Positions 56,067 to 63,854 of a stretch of DNA of 63,854 nucleotides are shown piece after piece. The notes beneath the pieces are model-generated. The model had not been told where the DNA came from and made no database searches. It saw only the letters and a program-made list of their open reading frames with translations. The first letter of the stretch is position 1. Every line of letters starts with the position of its first letter. The DNA lies in assembly GCA_049631665.1 (NCBI GenBank), contig JBNAAX010000001.1, forward strand, positions 1-63,854. The letters run 5' to 3'. The DNA is from Schleiferiaceae bacterium. GTDB taxonomy: Bacteria > Bacteroidota > Bacteroidia > Flavobacteriales > Schleiferiaceae. A program made the translations under genes and the position numbers.

Positions 56067-57475
56067 TGAGCGACAATAAGGAAAACGCGCCAAAAGGCGA
56101 AAACAAGGGAGAAGGTCGCGAGGGCAATAACAGAAATCGCAATCGCAACAGGAACCGCAACAGGAATCGTAACCGCAAGCCAAAGGAAGAAGGAAGCGAA
56201 GCTAGCGGATCCAAAGAGGATGCTCCTAAAAACGATTCTGAAGGGAATTCTGAAGGGAAAGGACGAAACCGAAATAGGAATCGAAACCGCAACCGCAATA
56301 AACAAAAAGCACCTGCTAAAGATGTTAAGGCAACACCTGTTTCTGAACAGGAAACGCAGCAGTTGCAAGAACAGGCAGATTTGTTCAATACGCCTGTTGA
56401 GCGAAGTGCTTCACAAGACATACAATTGCCTGTCTTCGAAAAGCCAACCATTGGTATAACCTGTGGCGATCTTAATGGAATAGGCCTCGAGGTAATCATG
56501 AAGACCCTTGAAAACAAAGAGATTCTTGATCTGTGTACTCCCGTAGTATTTGCTTCTAGCAAAGTGGCTTCATACCACAGGAATGCTCTGGAAATGAAAG
56601 ACTTTAATTTCTACCTCTGCGATTCTCTTGAGGATATTAAGGACAAGAAGGCCAACTTAGTTACCACTTGGGACGACAATGTCGAACTCAGCCTTGGAAC
56701 TCCTACGGATATAAGTGGTTCGTATGCATTGAAAAGCATCGATGCGGCCATAGAAGCTGCGAAAGCAGGTACGATAGATGCTATCGTTACAGCCCCAATC
56801 AACAAGCACAACATCGCTGCTCAGGTTGAGGGGTTTGCAGGACACACCGGGTATCTCGCTGAGGCCTTTAATGATGAGGTACTTATGATTCTAGCTTCAG
56901 ATGTACTGAAGGTAGCCACGGTCACCGGACACGTACCTGTGAGTAAAATTGCCGATACCTTAAAAGAGGAAAACATTACAGCGTCAATTGAACTGCTTGC
57001 GAAGAGCTTAAAACGCGACTTTGGTTGCGTGAAGCCTAGTATTGCCGTTTTAGGATTGAATCCACATGCTGGAGAATTTGGTGCCATTGGCTCGGAAGAA
57101 GCGGATATTATTAAACCTGCCATTGAAAAAGCCGATGTAAAAGGGGCGATCGTAAGAGGTCCTTTCCCTGCAGACGGTTTCTTTGGTCAAGGCTACGATC
57201 AGAAGTTCGACGCAGTACTAGGTATGTACCACGATCAGGTACTTGTGCCATTCAAAGCATTGGCCATGGGAAGTGGGACCAACTACACGGCAGGACTAAC
57301 TGCGGTAAGAACTTCGCCTGACCACGGCACTGCAATGCACATTGCTGGACAAAACAAAGCAAACGAAGCATCCTTCCGAACATCGGTTTTCGCAGCTATT
57401 GATATCGTGAACAGCCGTAAGGTCTACGATGAAATCACAGCGAATCCACTCAAAAAACAAAAGGAGAAGCGTTAG
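56066..57475 (+). CDS. pdxA: 4-hydroxythreonine-4-phosphate dehydrogenase with a ~120-aa low-complexity N-terminal extension
   Basis: 469 aa. The PdxA core runs from about residue 121 (KPTIGITCGDLNGIGLEV, GHTGYL, GLNPHAGE, RTSPDHGTA). The ATG at 56066 overlaps the pepA stop (TAATG). There is no in-frame stop or ATG between 56066 and the core. Confidence 0.85.
   Translation: MSDNKENAPKGENKGEGREGNNRNRNRNRNRNRNRNRKPKEEGSEASGSKEDAPKNDSEGNSEGKGRNRNRNRNRNRNKQKAPAKDVKATPVSEQETQQLQEQADLFNTPVERSASQDIQLPVFEKPTIGITCGDLNGIGLEVIMKTLENKEILDLCTPVVFASSKVASYHRNALEMKDFNFYLCDSLEDIKDKKANLVTTWDDNVELSLGTPTDISGSYALKSIDAAIEAAKAGTIDAIVTAPINKHNIAAQVEGFAGHTGYLAEAFNDEVLMILASDVLKVATVTGHVPVSKIADTLKEENITASIELLAKSLKRDFGCVKPSIAVLGLNPHAGEFGAIGSEEADIIKPAIEKADVKGAIVRGPFPADGFFGQGYDQKFDAVLGMYHDQVLVPFKALAMGSGTNYTAGLTAVRTSPDHGTAMHIAGQNKANEASFRTSVFAAIDIVNSRKVYDEITANPLKKQKEKR
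56126..56299 (+). repeat. Two coding (Asn-Arg)n dipeptide-repeat blocks inside the pdxA 5' extension
   Basis: Block 1 is 56126-56176 (NNRNRNRNRNRNRNRNR). Block 2 is 56264-56299 (RNRNRNRNRNRN). Each is followed by K-rich residues. Arg is encoded by mixed AGA/CGC/AGG/CGT/CGA codons and Asn by AAC/AAT. Confidence 0.85.
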
Positions 57476-57494
57476 AAGTTTTCAACAATTTGAA

Positions 57495-57502
57495 TATCTT
57501 TG
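57495..57502 (+). promoter_or_regulatory. Bacteroidota -7 promoter box for yceD-rpmF
   Basis: Perfect TAnnTTTG (tatctttg), 24 nt upstream of the ATG at 57527. Confidence 0.55.
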
Positions 57503-57526
57503 CACGCTCATTCAGATGGGGAACTA

Positions 57527-58027
57527 ATGAAGACCAAAGACTTTACCATAACGTTTAGTGGCTTAAAGCTTGGTTCTCACGAGTTTAATTACGATTTGAA
57601 TGATACGTTCTTTGAACTTTTTGAATTCTCAGACTACAGCGACTTGAAAGGCGTGGCTCAGATGAAAATGTTGAAAAGTGAAACTGTTCTTGATTTGGAC
57701 TTTTCATTCAACGGAAGCATCACTGCACCTTGCGACGTGACAAACGAAGCCTACACCCAGGAACTAGAAAATAGTTTTTCCATGCAGGTAAAGTTTGGTG
57801 AGGAATACAACGACGAAAACGATGAGTTACTCATCTTGCCGCACGGCGATCACTCGTTTAACATTGCTCAGTATTTGTATGAATTAGTCGTTCTAAGCAT
57901 TCCACCTAAACTAAATGGACCGAATGCTGGAAACGGGCTTGAGGATTTTATTGAAGACGAAGAAGAAAATGAAAAAGAGACTGATCCTAGATGGGATCAA
58001 TTAAAAAACTTGTTGAATAATAAATAG
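57527..58027 (+). CDS. yceD: YceD/DUF177 family protein (precedes ribosomal protein L32)
   Basis: About 166 aa and acidic, conserved immediately upstream of rpmF. The TTG at 57500 falls inside the -7 box, so I use the ATG at 57527 ([10 protein letters not shown]). Confidence 0.8.
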   Translation: MKTKDFTITFSGLKLGSHEFNYDLNDTFFELFEFSDYSDLKGVAQMKMLKSETVLDLDFSFNGSITAPCDVTNEAYTQELENSFSMQVKFGEEYNDENDELLILPHGDHSFNIAQYLYELVVLSIPPKLNGPNAGNGLEDFIEDEEENEKETDPRWDQLKNLLNNK

Positions 58028-58035
58028 TATTAGAT

Positions 58036-58218
58036 ATGGCACATCCTAAGCGCAGACAGTCAAGCACGAGAAGAGACAAGCGCAGAACTCACTACAAAGC
58101 GGCCGATCAGCAATTAGCGATTTGCCCTACTACTGGCGAAGCACACCTTTACCACCGTGCTCACTGGCACGAAGGAAAGCTTTACTACAAGGGTAAAGTG
58201 GTGATGGAGAAGGCATAA
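58036..58218 (+). CDS. rpmF: 50S ribosomal protein L32
   Basis: 60 aa. [21 protein letters not shown]. Confidence 0.93.
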   Translation: MAHPKRRQSSTRRDKRRTHYKAADQQLAICPTTGEAHLYHRAHWHEGKLYYKGKVVMEKA

Positions 58219-58250
58219 GCCTAATCTTACAAATCATTGATTTACAGATA

Positions 58251-58278
58251 AGTAGCCCCTTAAAAGGCTACTTTTTCT
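58251..58278 (+). terminator. Rho-independent terminator after rpmF
   Basis: agtagcc (58251-58257), loop ccttaaaa, ggctact (58266-58272), then ttttct. Confidence 0.6.
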
Positions 58279-58309
58279 GTTTTAAATGAGGTTTTAAAAT
58301 TAGACCGCC

Positions 58310-58317
58310 TATTTTAG
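58310..58317 (+). promoter_or_regulatory. Near-consensus -7 promoter box for fabH
   Basis: tattttag against TAnnTTTG (1 mismatch), 18 nt upstream of the fabH ATG. Confidence 0.3.
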
Positions 58318-58335
58318 CCCACTCAAGAAAACACG

Positions 58336-59328
58336 ATGAAAGCAGCAATTACAGCGATCGGAGGGTATGTTCCAGAGTATGTTCTAACGAATGCCGAGTT
58401 AGAAACCATGGTCGAAACCAATGACGAATGGATTACTACTCGAACCGGAATTAAGGAGCGTCGCATCCTTAAACCAGAAGAAGGCCGTGGTGCCTCTTAT
58501 CTAGCAATCAAAGCCGTTGAAGCCATGAAGGAGGAGTACGGAGTTAGCGTTGAAGACGTTGACCTCGTTATTCTAGCTTCAGTAACTGGAGATATGCCGG
58601 TTGCAATAACTTCAGCATATATCGCACAAGAGATAGGTGCCAAGAATGCCTACGCTTTTGACTTGCAGGCAGCATGTTCTTCTTTCTTATATGCGGTAAG
58701 TAACGCAGCAGCATATATTGAATCTGGCAAATACAAGAAAGTATTGGTCGTGGGCTCTGATGTTATGAGCTCTATTGTTGACTACACAGACCGTACTACC
58801 TGTATCTTATTTGGCGATGGTTGTGGAGTAGCCCTTATGGAGCCGAACTATGAAGGTCTTGGCGTACAAGATGAGCTTCTTCGTACCGATGCCTCAGGCC
58901 GTGATTTCTTGCGCATCGAAGCAGGTGGGTCTTTCCTTCCTCCTTCCCACGAAACTATAGACAATAAACAGCACGCCATTCGTCAAGAAGGCCAGAGTGT
59001 ATTCCGCTTTGCCGTTAGTCGTATGGCAGATACTTCTGCGGAGCTTTTAGAAAAGAATGGACTTACTGGTGATGATGTGGCCTATTTGGTTCCCCACCAA
59101 GCCAATTTGAGAATCATCGATGCTACAGCGCGTCGTATGGGACTCACCAGTGAAAAAGTGGTCATTAACATTCAGAACTACGGTAATACCACCTCTGCAA
59201 CAATTCCTTTAGGCCTTTGGGACTTTAGAGATAAGTTTAAGAAAGGTGACAACATCTTCTTCGCAGCCTTCGGTGGCGGATTTACATGGGGAGCCATGTG
59301 GGTCAAATGGGCCATCGATAAAAAATAA
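58336..59328 (+). CDS. fabH: 3-oxoacyl-ACP synthase III
   Basis: 330 aa. Active-site Cys in AACSSFLYA, HQANLRI and GNTTSATIP. Confidence 0.93.
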   Translation: MKAAITAIGGYVPEYVLTNAELETMVETNDEWITTRTGIKERRILKPEEGRGASYLAIKAVEAMKEEYGVSVEDVDLVILASVTGDMPVAITSAYIAQEIGAKNAYAFDLQAACSSFLYAVSNAAAYIESGKYKKVLVVGSDVMSSIVDYTDRTTCILFGDGCGVALMEPNYEGLGVQDELLRTDASGRDFLRIEAGGSFLPPSHETIDNKQHAIRQEGQSVFRFAVSRMADTSAELLEKNGLTGDDVAYLVPHQANLRIIDATARRMGLTSEKVVINIQNYGNTTSATIPLGLWDFRDKFKKGDNIFFAAFGGGFTWGAMWVKWAIDKK

Positions 59329-59361
59329 CTCGTAAATTCATATTCCTAAATACACAAGAAC

Positions 59362-59838
59362 ATGGACTTGAAAGAAATCCAAGCACTCATCAAATTCGTT
59401 GCGAAAAGCGGCGCTCAAGAAGTGAGTCTAGAAACTGAAGATTTCAAGATTAACATTAAAACTGCATCAGAAGGTTCTGATCAGCCGACCATTATTCAAG
59501 CCGTTGCCCCTCAGGCTGCCATGCCCGTTGCCGCAGCACCTGCGCCAGCCGCTGCCCCGGCTCCCGCTGCAGAAGCTCCAGCAGAGGACAACAGCAACTA
59601 CATCGAGGTGAAGTCTCCAATGATTGGAACATTCTACCGCAGCCCATCTCCAGATCAAGATGCTTTCGTGAAAGTCGGTTCTGAGATTAAGCCAGGTGAT
59701 GTGCTTTGTATCGTTGAGGCGATGAAGCTCTTCAATGAGATTGAAAGTGAAGTAAGTGGTAAGATTGTTAAAGTTCTAGTTGACGATCAAAGCCCTATCG
59801 AATACGATCAGCCATTGTTCTTGGTAGATCCTTCGTAA
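59362..59838 (+). CDS. accB: Acetyl-CoA carboxylase biotin carboxyl carrier protein
   Basis: 158 aa. A/P-rich linker and biotinylation motif IVEAMKLFNEIES. Confidence 0.93.
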   Translation: MDLKEIQALIKFVAKSGAQEVSLETEDFKINIKTASEGSDQPTIIQAVAPQAAMPVAAAPAPAAAPAPAAEAPAEDNSNYIEVKSPMIGTFYRSPSPDQDAFVKVGSEIKPGDVLCIVEAMKLFNEIESEVSGKIVKVLVDDQSPIEYDQPLFLVDPS

Positions 59839-59859
59839 CCTTACGAAAACACACTCGTT

Positions 59860-61209
59860 ATGTTCAAGAAAGTACTCATTGCCAATAGGGGTGAGATCGC
59901 ACTTCGCGTGATTCGTACCTGTAAAGAAATGGGCATCAAAACGGTGGCCGTTTATTCTAAGGCAGATGCAGATTCATTGCACGTTCGTTTCGCGGACGAA
60001 GCCGTATGTATTGGTCCTGCAGCATCTTCAGAAAGCTACCTCAGCATTCCTAACATTATTGCCGCTGCAGAGATTACGAATGCCGACGCCATTCACCCGG
60101 GATACGGTTTCTTGAGTGAAAACGCAAAGTTTTCACGCATCTGTGCGGAGCACGGCATCAAGTTTATCGGTGCTTCTGGTGACCAGATCGATAAAATGGG
60201 AGACAAGGCAACTGCTAAAGAGACCATGAAAGAAGCCGGTGTGCCGTGTGTACCAGGTTCTGAAGGTATCCTTGAAACCTATGAAGACGCAGTGACTAAA
60301 GCCCGTGAAATAGGCTACCCAGTCATGATCAAAGCGACCGCCGGTGGTGGTGGTAAGGGTATGCGTGCCATACTAGAGGAGAGCGAACTTCAAGGCGCAT
60401 GGGACAGTGCTCGCCGTGAAGCTGCAGCTGCCTTTGGCAACGACGGGATGTACATGGAGAAACTTATCCTTGAACCGCGTCACATTGAAGTACAGATTAT
60501 CGGCGATAGCTTCGGTAAAGCCTGTCACTTGAGTGAGCGCGATTGTTCGGTACAACGTCGCCACCAAAAATTGGTTGAAGAAACACCTTCCCCATTTATG
60601 ACGGATAAACTCCGTAAGAAAATGGGTGAAGCAGCTGTGAAAGCAGCAGAATATATTGCGTACGAAGGTGCCGGTACTGTAGAGTTCCTGGTAGATAAGG
60701 ATAGAAACTTCTACTTCATGGAGATGAATACACGTATCCAGGTAGAACACCCGATCACAGAACAAGTTGTTGGCTTTGACCTCATCCGTGAGCAGATTAA
60801 AGTTGCCGCTGGAGAGCCAATTTCTGGAAAGAACTACTTGCCTCAAATGCACAGTATTGAAGTTCGTATCAATGCAGAAGATGCGTTTAACGACTTCCGT
60901 CCTTCGCCAGGAGTGATTACTTCATTCCATGCGCCAGGTGGTCACGGTGTTCGTTTAGATACGCACTGTTACAGCGGATACGCTATCCCACCTTTCTACG
61001 ATTCTATGATTGCGAAACTAATCATTACAGCTCGTACTCGTGAGGAATCTTTGGACAAGCTAGAGCGCGCTCTTGACGAGTTTATTATCGAAGGAATTAA
61101 GACAACCATTCCTTTCCACCAGCAATTGATTAAAAACGAAAAATTCCGCGAAGGTGTATACACCACGAAATTCATGGAAGACTTCGTTTTAGAAGAGCCG
61201 GCGGAGTAA
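59860..61209 (+). CDS. accC: Acetyl-CoA carboxylase biotin carboxylase subunit
   Basis: 449 aa. [14 protein letters not shown]-grasp GGGGKGM and [14 protein letters not shown]. Confidence 0.95.
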   Translation: MFKKVLIANRGEIALRVIRTCKEMGIKTVAVYSKADADSLHVRFADEAVCIGPAASSESYLSIPNIIAAAEITNADAIHPGYGFLSENAKFSRICAEHGIKFIGASGDQIDKMGDKATAKETMKEAGVPCVPGSEGILETYEDAVTKAREIGYPVMIKATAGGGGKGMRAILEESELQGAWDSARREAAAAFGNDGMYMEKLILEPRHIEVQIIGDSFGKACHLSERDCSVQRRHQKLVEETPSPFMTDKLRKKMGEAAVKAAEYIAYEGAGTVEFLVDKDRNFYFMEMNTRIQVEHPITEQVVGFDLIREQIKVAAGEPISGKNYLPQMHSIEVRINAEDAFNDFRPSPGVITSFHAPGGHGVRLDTHCYSGYAIPPFYDSMIAKLIITARTREESLDKLERALDEFIIEGIKTTIPFHQQLIKNEKFREGVYTTKFMEDFVLEEPAE

Positions 61210-61225
61210 ATCAACGATTTTTAAA

Positions 61226-61259
61226 TAAAAAGCCCGAGCATAAGCCCGGGCTTTTTTTG
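61226..61259. terminator. Bidirectional Rho-independent terminator between accC and msrA
   Basis: aaaaagcccg ... cgggcttttttt. The GC stem agcccg (61231-61236) / cgggct (61247-61252) is flanked by an A-run and a T-run. Confidence 0.65.
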
Positions 61260-61272
61260 TTTTAGTGTAATC

Positions 61273-61872
61273 CTAGAAGAGTTTTCTAGGTGCATGGCAA
61301 TAAGGAGTTCCTCCTTTATTGTCGTAATAATCTTGGTGGTAGTTTTCCGCGGAATAGAATTCAGCAGCAGGAAGGATTTCCGTGGCAACATCGTACCCTT
61401 TTGCGTTCAGCAAGTCCTTGAGTTTCTGTGCTACTTCTCGCTGTGCTTCGTTCTGGAAGAATATAGCACTGCGGTATTGAGGGCCAAGATCCGGACCTTG
61501 ACCGTCGCGTTGGGTTGGGTCATGCGTTTCAAAAAATACACGAGCCAATTCCTCAAAACTCACCTGTTCTGGATCAAAGACTACGTGCACTGCCTCATAA
61601 TGTCCGGTGCGTTTGGTACACACTTCGCGGTAGGTAGGATTCTTCACCACACCACCGGTATAACCACAGGTCGTTGCCGTAACGCCAGGTACTTTCTGTA
61701 AATAGAACTCTGTTCCCCAGAAACACCCCGAAGCTAAAACAGCTACTTCTTGTCCCTCGGCAGGCTCTGGAATGACTGCCATTGCGTACGCATCGCTCAT
61801 TTTCTTGTTGGTTTGTGCTGTACAGCTCAGGGTAAGCCCGAGCACAGCCATTGCTATTACTTTAATCTTCAT
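61273..61872 (-). CDS. msrA: Peptide-methionine (S)-S-oxide reductase, exported/lipoprotein form
   Basis: 199 aa. Signal peptide with lipobox-like LTLSC and the catalytic motif GCFWGTE. Confidence 0.9.
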   Translation of the reverse strand: MKIKVIAMAVLGLTLSCTAQTNKKMSDAYAMAVIPEPAEGQEVAVLASGCFWGTEFYLQKVPGVTATTCGYTGGVVKNPTYREVCTKRTGHYEAVHVVFDPEQVSFEELARVFFETHDPTQRDGQGPDLGPQYRSAIFFQNEAQREVAQKLKDLLNAKGYDVATEILPAAEFYSAENYHQDYYDNKGGTPYCHAPRKLF

Positions 61873-61937
61873 ATAGAGATTAACACAAAAAAGAGGCCAC
61901 CTGTTCCCCTATTCTACTAACGAATTGTGAAAAAGAT

Positions 61938-62933
61938 TTAGTTCTTCACAAAGCCCTTCTTCAAGAGCACTTCAGCAATCTGAACGGTATTAGTTGCAGC
62001 ACCTTTACGCAGGTTATCACTTACAACCCACATGTTAAGTGCATTGTCCGTGGTGAAATCGCGGCGCAATCGGCCCACGAAAACGTCGTCCTTGCCTTCC
62101 GCCATCAGTGGCATTGGATAGGTGTTGAATTCCGGCTGGTCTTGAAGGGTTACCCCCTCCGTTTCGCTTAGAAGCTTCTTAACATCTGCTATATCAAAGG
62201 GATGCTCAAACTCCACATTAACGCTCTCGCTATGTCCGCCTTGAACAGGCACACGAACCGCGGTAGCTGCCAATTTGATGCCCTCATCGCCGATGATCTT
62301 AACGGTCTCCTGGGTCATCTTCATTTCCTCTTTGGTGTAATCGTTGTCTAGGAAAATATCACAGTGCGGAATGCAGTTGCGGTCAATCTTGTACGGGTAC
62401 ACCATATCCACATCATCACCCACGCGCTCACCTTCGAGCTGGTCTAAGGCCGCTTTACCCGTTCCCGTAACGCTCTGATAGGTGCTCACCAATACACGTT
62501 TCGCGCCATAGGCCTTGTGCAATGGATGTAGTGCGACTACTAGCTGAATGGTTGAACAGTTTGGATTGGCGATAATCATATCCTCCTCGGTCAGTACATC
62601 AGCGTTTATCTCAGGAACTACCAACTTCTTGGCAGGGTCCATACGCCAGGCGCTTGAGTTATCTACTACTCGTGTACCTACTGCAGCGAACTTTGGTGCC
62701 CACTCCAAAGAGGTGTTCCCACCCGCTGAGAACAAGGCTAAATCCGGTGCAGCAGCAACGGCATCCTCTAAACTTTTAATGGTCCAATCGCGGCCTCCAA
62801 AGGTCACCGTCTTACCCACGCTTCTTGAAGACGCCACTGGAATCAACTCTGTTACCGGGAAACTGCGCTCCGCCAAAACTTTCAAAATGATCTGGCCCAC
62901 CATTCCGGTAGCGCCCACTACTGCAATTCTCAT
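61938..62933 (-). CDS. asd: Aspartate-semialdehyde dehydrogenase
   Basis: 331 aa. MRIAVVGATGMVGQ and active-site Cys in NPNCSTIQ. Confidence 0.93.
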   Translation of the reverse strand: MRIAVVGATGMVGQIILKVLAERSFPVTELIPVASSRSVGKTVTFGGRDWTIKSLEDAVAAAPDLALFSAGGNTSLEWAPKFAAVGTRVVDNSSAWRMDPAKKLVVPEINADVLTEEDMIIANPNCSTIQLVVALHPLHKAYGAKRVLVSTYQSVTGTGKAALDQLEGERVGDDVDMVYPYKIDRNCIPHCDIFLDNDYTKEEMKMTQETVKIIGDEGIKLAATAVRVPVQGGHSESVNVEFEHPFDIADVKKLLSETEGVTLQDQPEFNTYPMPLMAEGKDDVFVGRLRRDFTTDNALNMWVVSDNLRKGAATNTVQIAEVLLKKGFVKN

Positions 62934-62960
62934 AAATGCACTAACTTATTTAGAACCCTA

Positions 62961-62968
62961 CAAAGCTA
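62961..62968 (-). promoter_or_regulatory. Bacteroidota -7 promoter box for asd
   Basis: The plus-strand caaagcta is minus-strand TAGCTTTG (perfect TAnnTTTG), 27 nt upstream of the asd ATG. Confidence 0.5.
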
Positions 62969-62983
62969 ATCTTAATCCGCCGT

Positions 62984-63491
62984 ATGAAAAGCCCCTTGTT
63001 GCGTCTCGCACTAACCTTTTTGATTTGCCTCATTTCTAACACTATCTGTGGCCAATTCCACCGTATTTCCTTTTCGACTTCAGGGGCCGATTCACTCAAT
63101 TGGTCCCCACACCATTTCAATCACGCCAACCCCAGCGAAGCTTCTCCAAATGCGCCTAATTCCGTGTCCCATCTAAACCTACTTCAACATAGAATTGCTC
63201 CAACCCAACATCTCTTACGACCCCCTTAATTTCTCCCCCACAGCCTTGCTTCGCCTTCGTGTGGCGGCCGGAGCGCAGCTCTCACTTTCCGTCCACACAA
63301 CCTCCGGCCGCCCCATCGCCTTCCCCATGGAAAAGCAGGCCTTGAGCGAGGGATTGCAGCAGGTCGAGATCCGGCCCTTTGATTGGAACGGCAGGGCGCC
63401 ACAGAGTGGGGTTTACTTGCTCATTGTTCGAGTACGAGATTACACAGGACAGCAGCGCAAAATATTCCCCTTAAGTGTGTACAATCCTTAA
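62984..63491 (+). pseudogene. Probable frameshifted gene for a small secreted protein with a T9SS type A C-terminal domain
   Basis: ORF 62984-63229 (frame 2) encodes a signal peptide (MKSPLLRLALTFLICLISNTIC) plus a short P/H/N/S-rich linker. ORF 63177/63195-63491 (frame 3) encodes a CTD-like tail (ISYDPLNFSP..L.L.V...SGRPI......L..G.Q.V.I......SGVYLLIVR....QQRKI) with no ATG or signal peptide of its own. The two overlap at 63195-63229. Confidence 0.4.
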
Positions 63492-63524
63492 TAAGTCATT
63501 ACTTCAAAATTGGCTTAAAGACTG

Positions 63525-63532
63525 TACCTTTG
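63525..63532 (+). promoter_or_regulatory. Bacteroidota -7 promoter box for purQ
   Basis: Perfect TAnnTTTG (tacctttg), 21 nt upstream of the purQ ATG. Confidence 0.5.
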
Positions 63533-63553
63533 CCTCGAACAAAAAGCGAACGC

Positions 63554-63854
63554 TATGAAGTTTGGTGTTATCACCTTTCCGGGGTCAAATTGTGACCAAG
63601 ACATGATTTACGTATTGGAAACCATCATGGGTTACGAAGTAGTGAACCTGTGGCACAAGGATACCGACCTACAAGGGGTAGACTGTGTGGTACTTCCAGG
63701 TGGATTCTCTTACGGCGATTACTTGCGCTCGGGTGCCATCGCAAAGATGAGCCCTATAATGGGCAGCGTGATTGATTTCGCAAACAACGGCGGTTACGTT
63801 CTTGGTGTTTGTAACGGATTCCAGATTCTTACAGAAAGCGGTTTGTTGCCAGGT
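63554..63854 (+). CDS. purQ: Phosphoribosylformylglycinamidine synthase subunit PurQ (5' part; continues beyond the window)
   Basis: [16 protein letters not shown] start, [12 protein letters not shown], and catalytic Cys in GVCNGFQIL. Confidence 0.9.

Noticed and set aside
55936-56562. 208-aa and 101-aa minus-strand ORFs across the pepA/pdxA junction, with LRFRF/AVAV-type repeats
   Set aside because: They are the reverse-complement reading of the (AAY-CGN)n RN-repeat DNA, so they are a mirror artefact of low-complexity coding sequence on the plus strand.
61873-61937. Possible terminator after asd (there is a T-run on the minus strand)
   Set aside because: I could not find a convincing GC-rich stem preceding the T-run.
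1-63854. Looked for CRISPR arrays, tRNA/rRNA genes, IS elements or transposases, integrases, toxin-antitoxin pairs and known defence-system genes
   Set aside because: By eye I saw no direct-repeat/spacer periodicity, no cloverleaf-sized conserved intergenic segments (intergenic gaps are mostly under 120 nt), and no ORFs with transposase, integrase or defence motifs. This was a manual scan only. tRNAscan, Infernal and repeat finders would be needed for certainty.

Overview
This is a densely packed, mostly housekeeping chromosomal segment of a Bacteroidota genome, probably Flavobacteriia-like. The assignment rests on T9SS type A and type B C-terminal sorting domains, TAnnTTTG -7 promoter boxes, and the conserved yceD-rpmF-fabH-accBC and dut/TPR/DUF4292/EnvC gene orders. 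I support about 60 CDS.

Main modules:
- dxs-yceI-DEAD helicase gene string
- tetR-tolC-MFP-RND efflux operon
- asnS-rpoN
- uvrC
- a minus-strand string: M28 peptidase, gpsA, LolA-like protein, two FtsX/MacB-type permeases, ABC ATPase, iodotyrosine-deiodinase-like flavoprotein, small acidic ORF
- an envelope module: flippase, dut, nucleotidyltransferase, TPR, DUF4292, EnvC-like protein
- a nearly complete heme locus: hemY-hemH-araC | hemA-hemCD-hemE-hemF-hemB-hemL
- gmk-nadD, an AddB-like nuclease, a PLP dehydratase
- ribE plus a LytTR/LytS-type two-component system
- pepA-pdxA, yceD-rpmF, fabH-accB-accC, msrA, asd, and the 5' end of purQ

I saw no rRNA, tRNA, CRISPR array, transposase, integrase or recognisable defence island. 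I do not see convincing evidence for a wholly new multi-gene system.

Observations most worth follow-up:
1. A ~120-aa N-terminal extension on PdxA with two (Arg-Asn)n dipeptide-repeat blocks.
2. The tightly coupled LolA-like/MacB-type ABC/IYD-like/small-acidic-protein operon.
3. A naturally loop-deleted Dxs.
4. A frameshifted small T9SS-CTD gene of atypical composition.

All functional calls come from reading motifs in the supplied translations. No database search was run.
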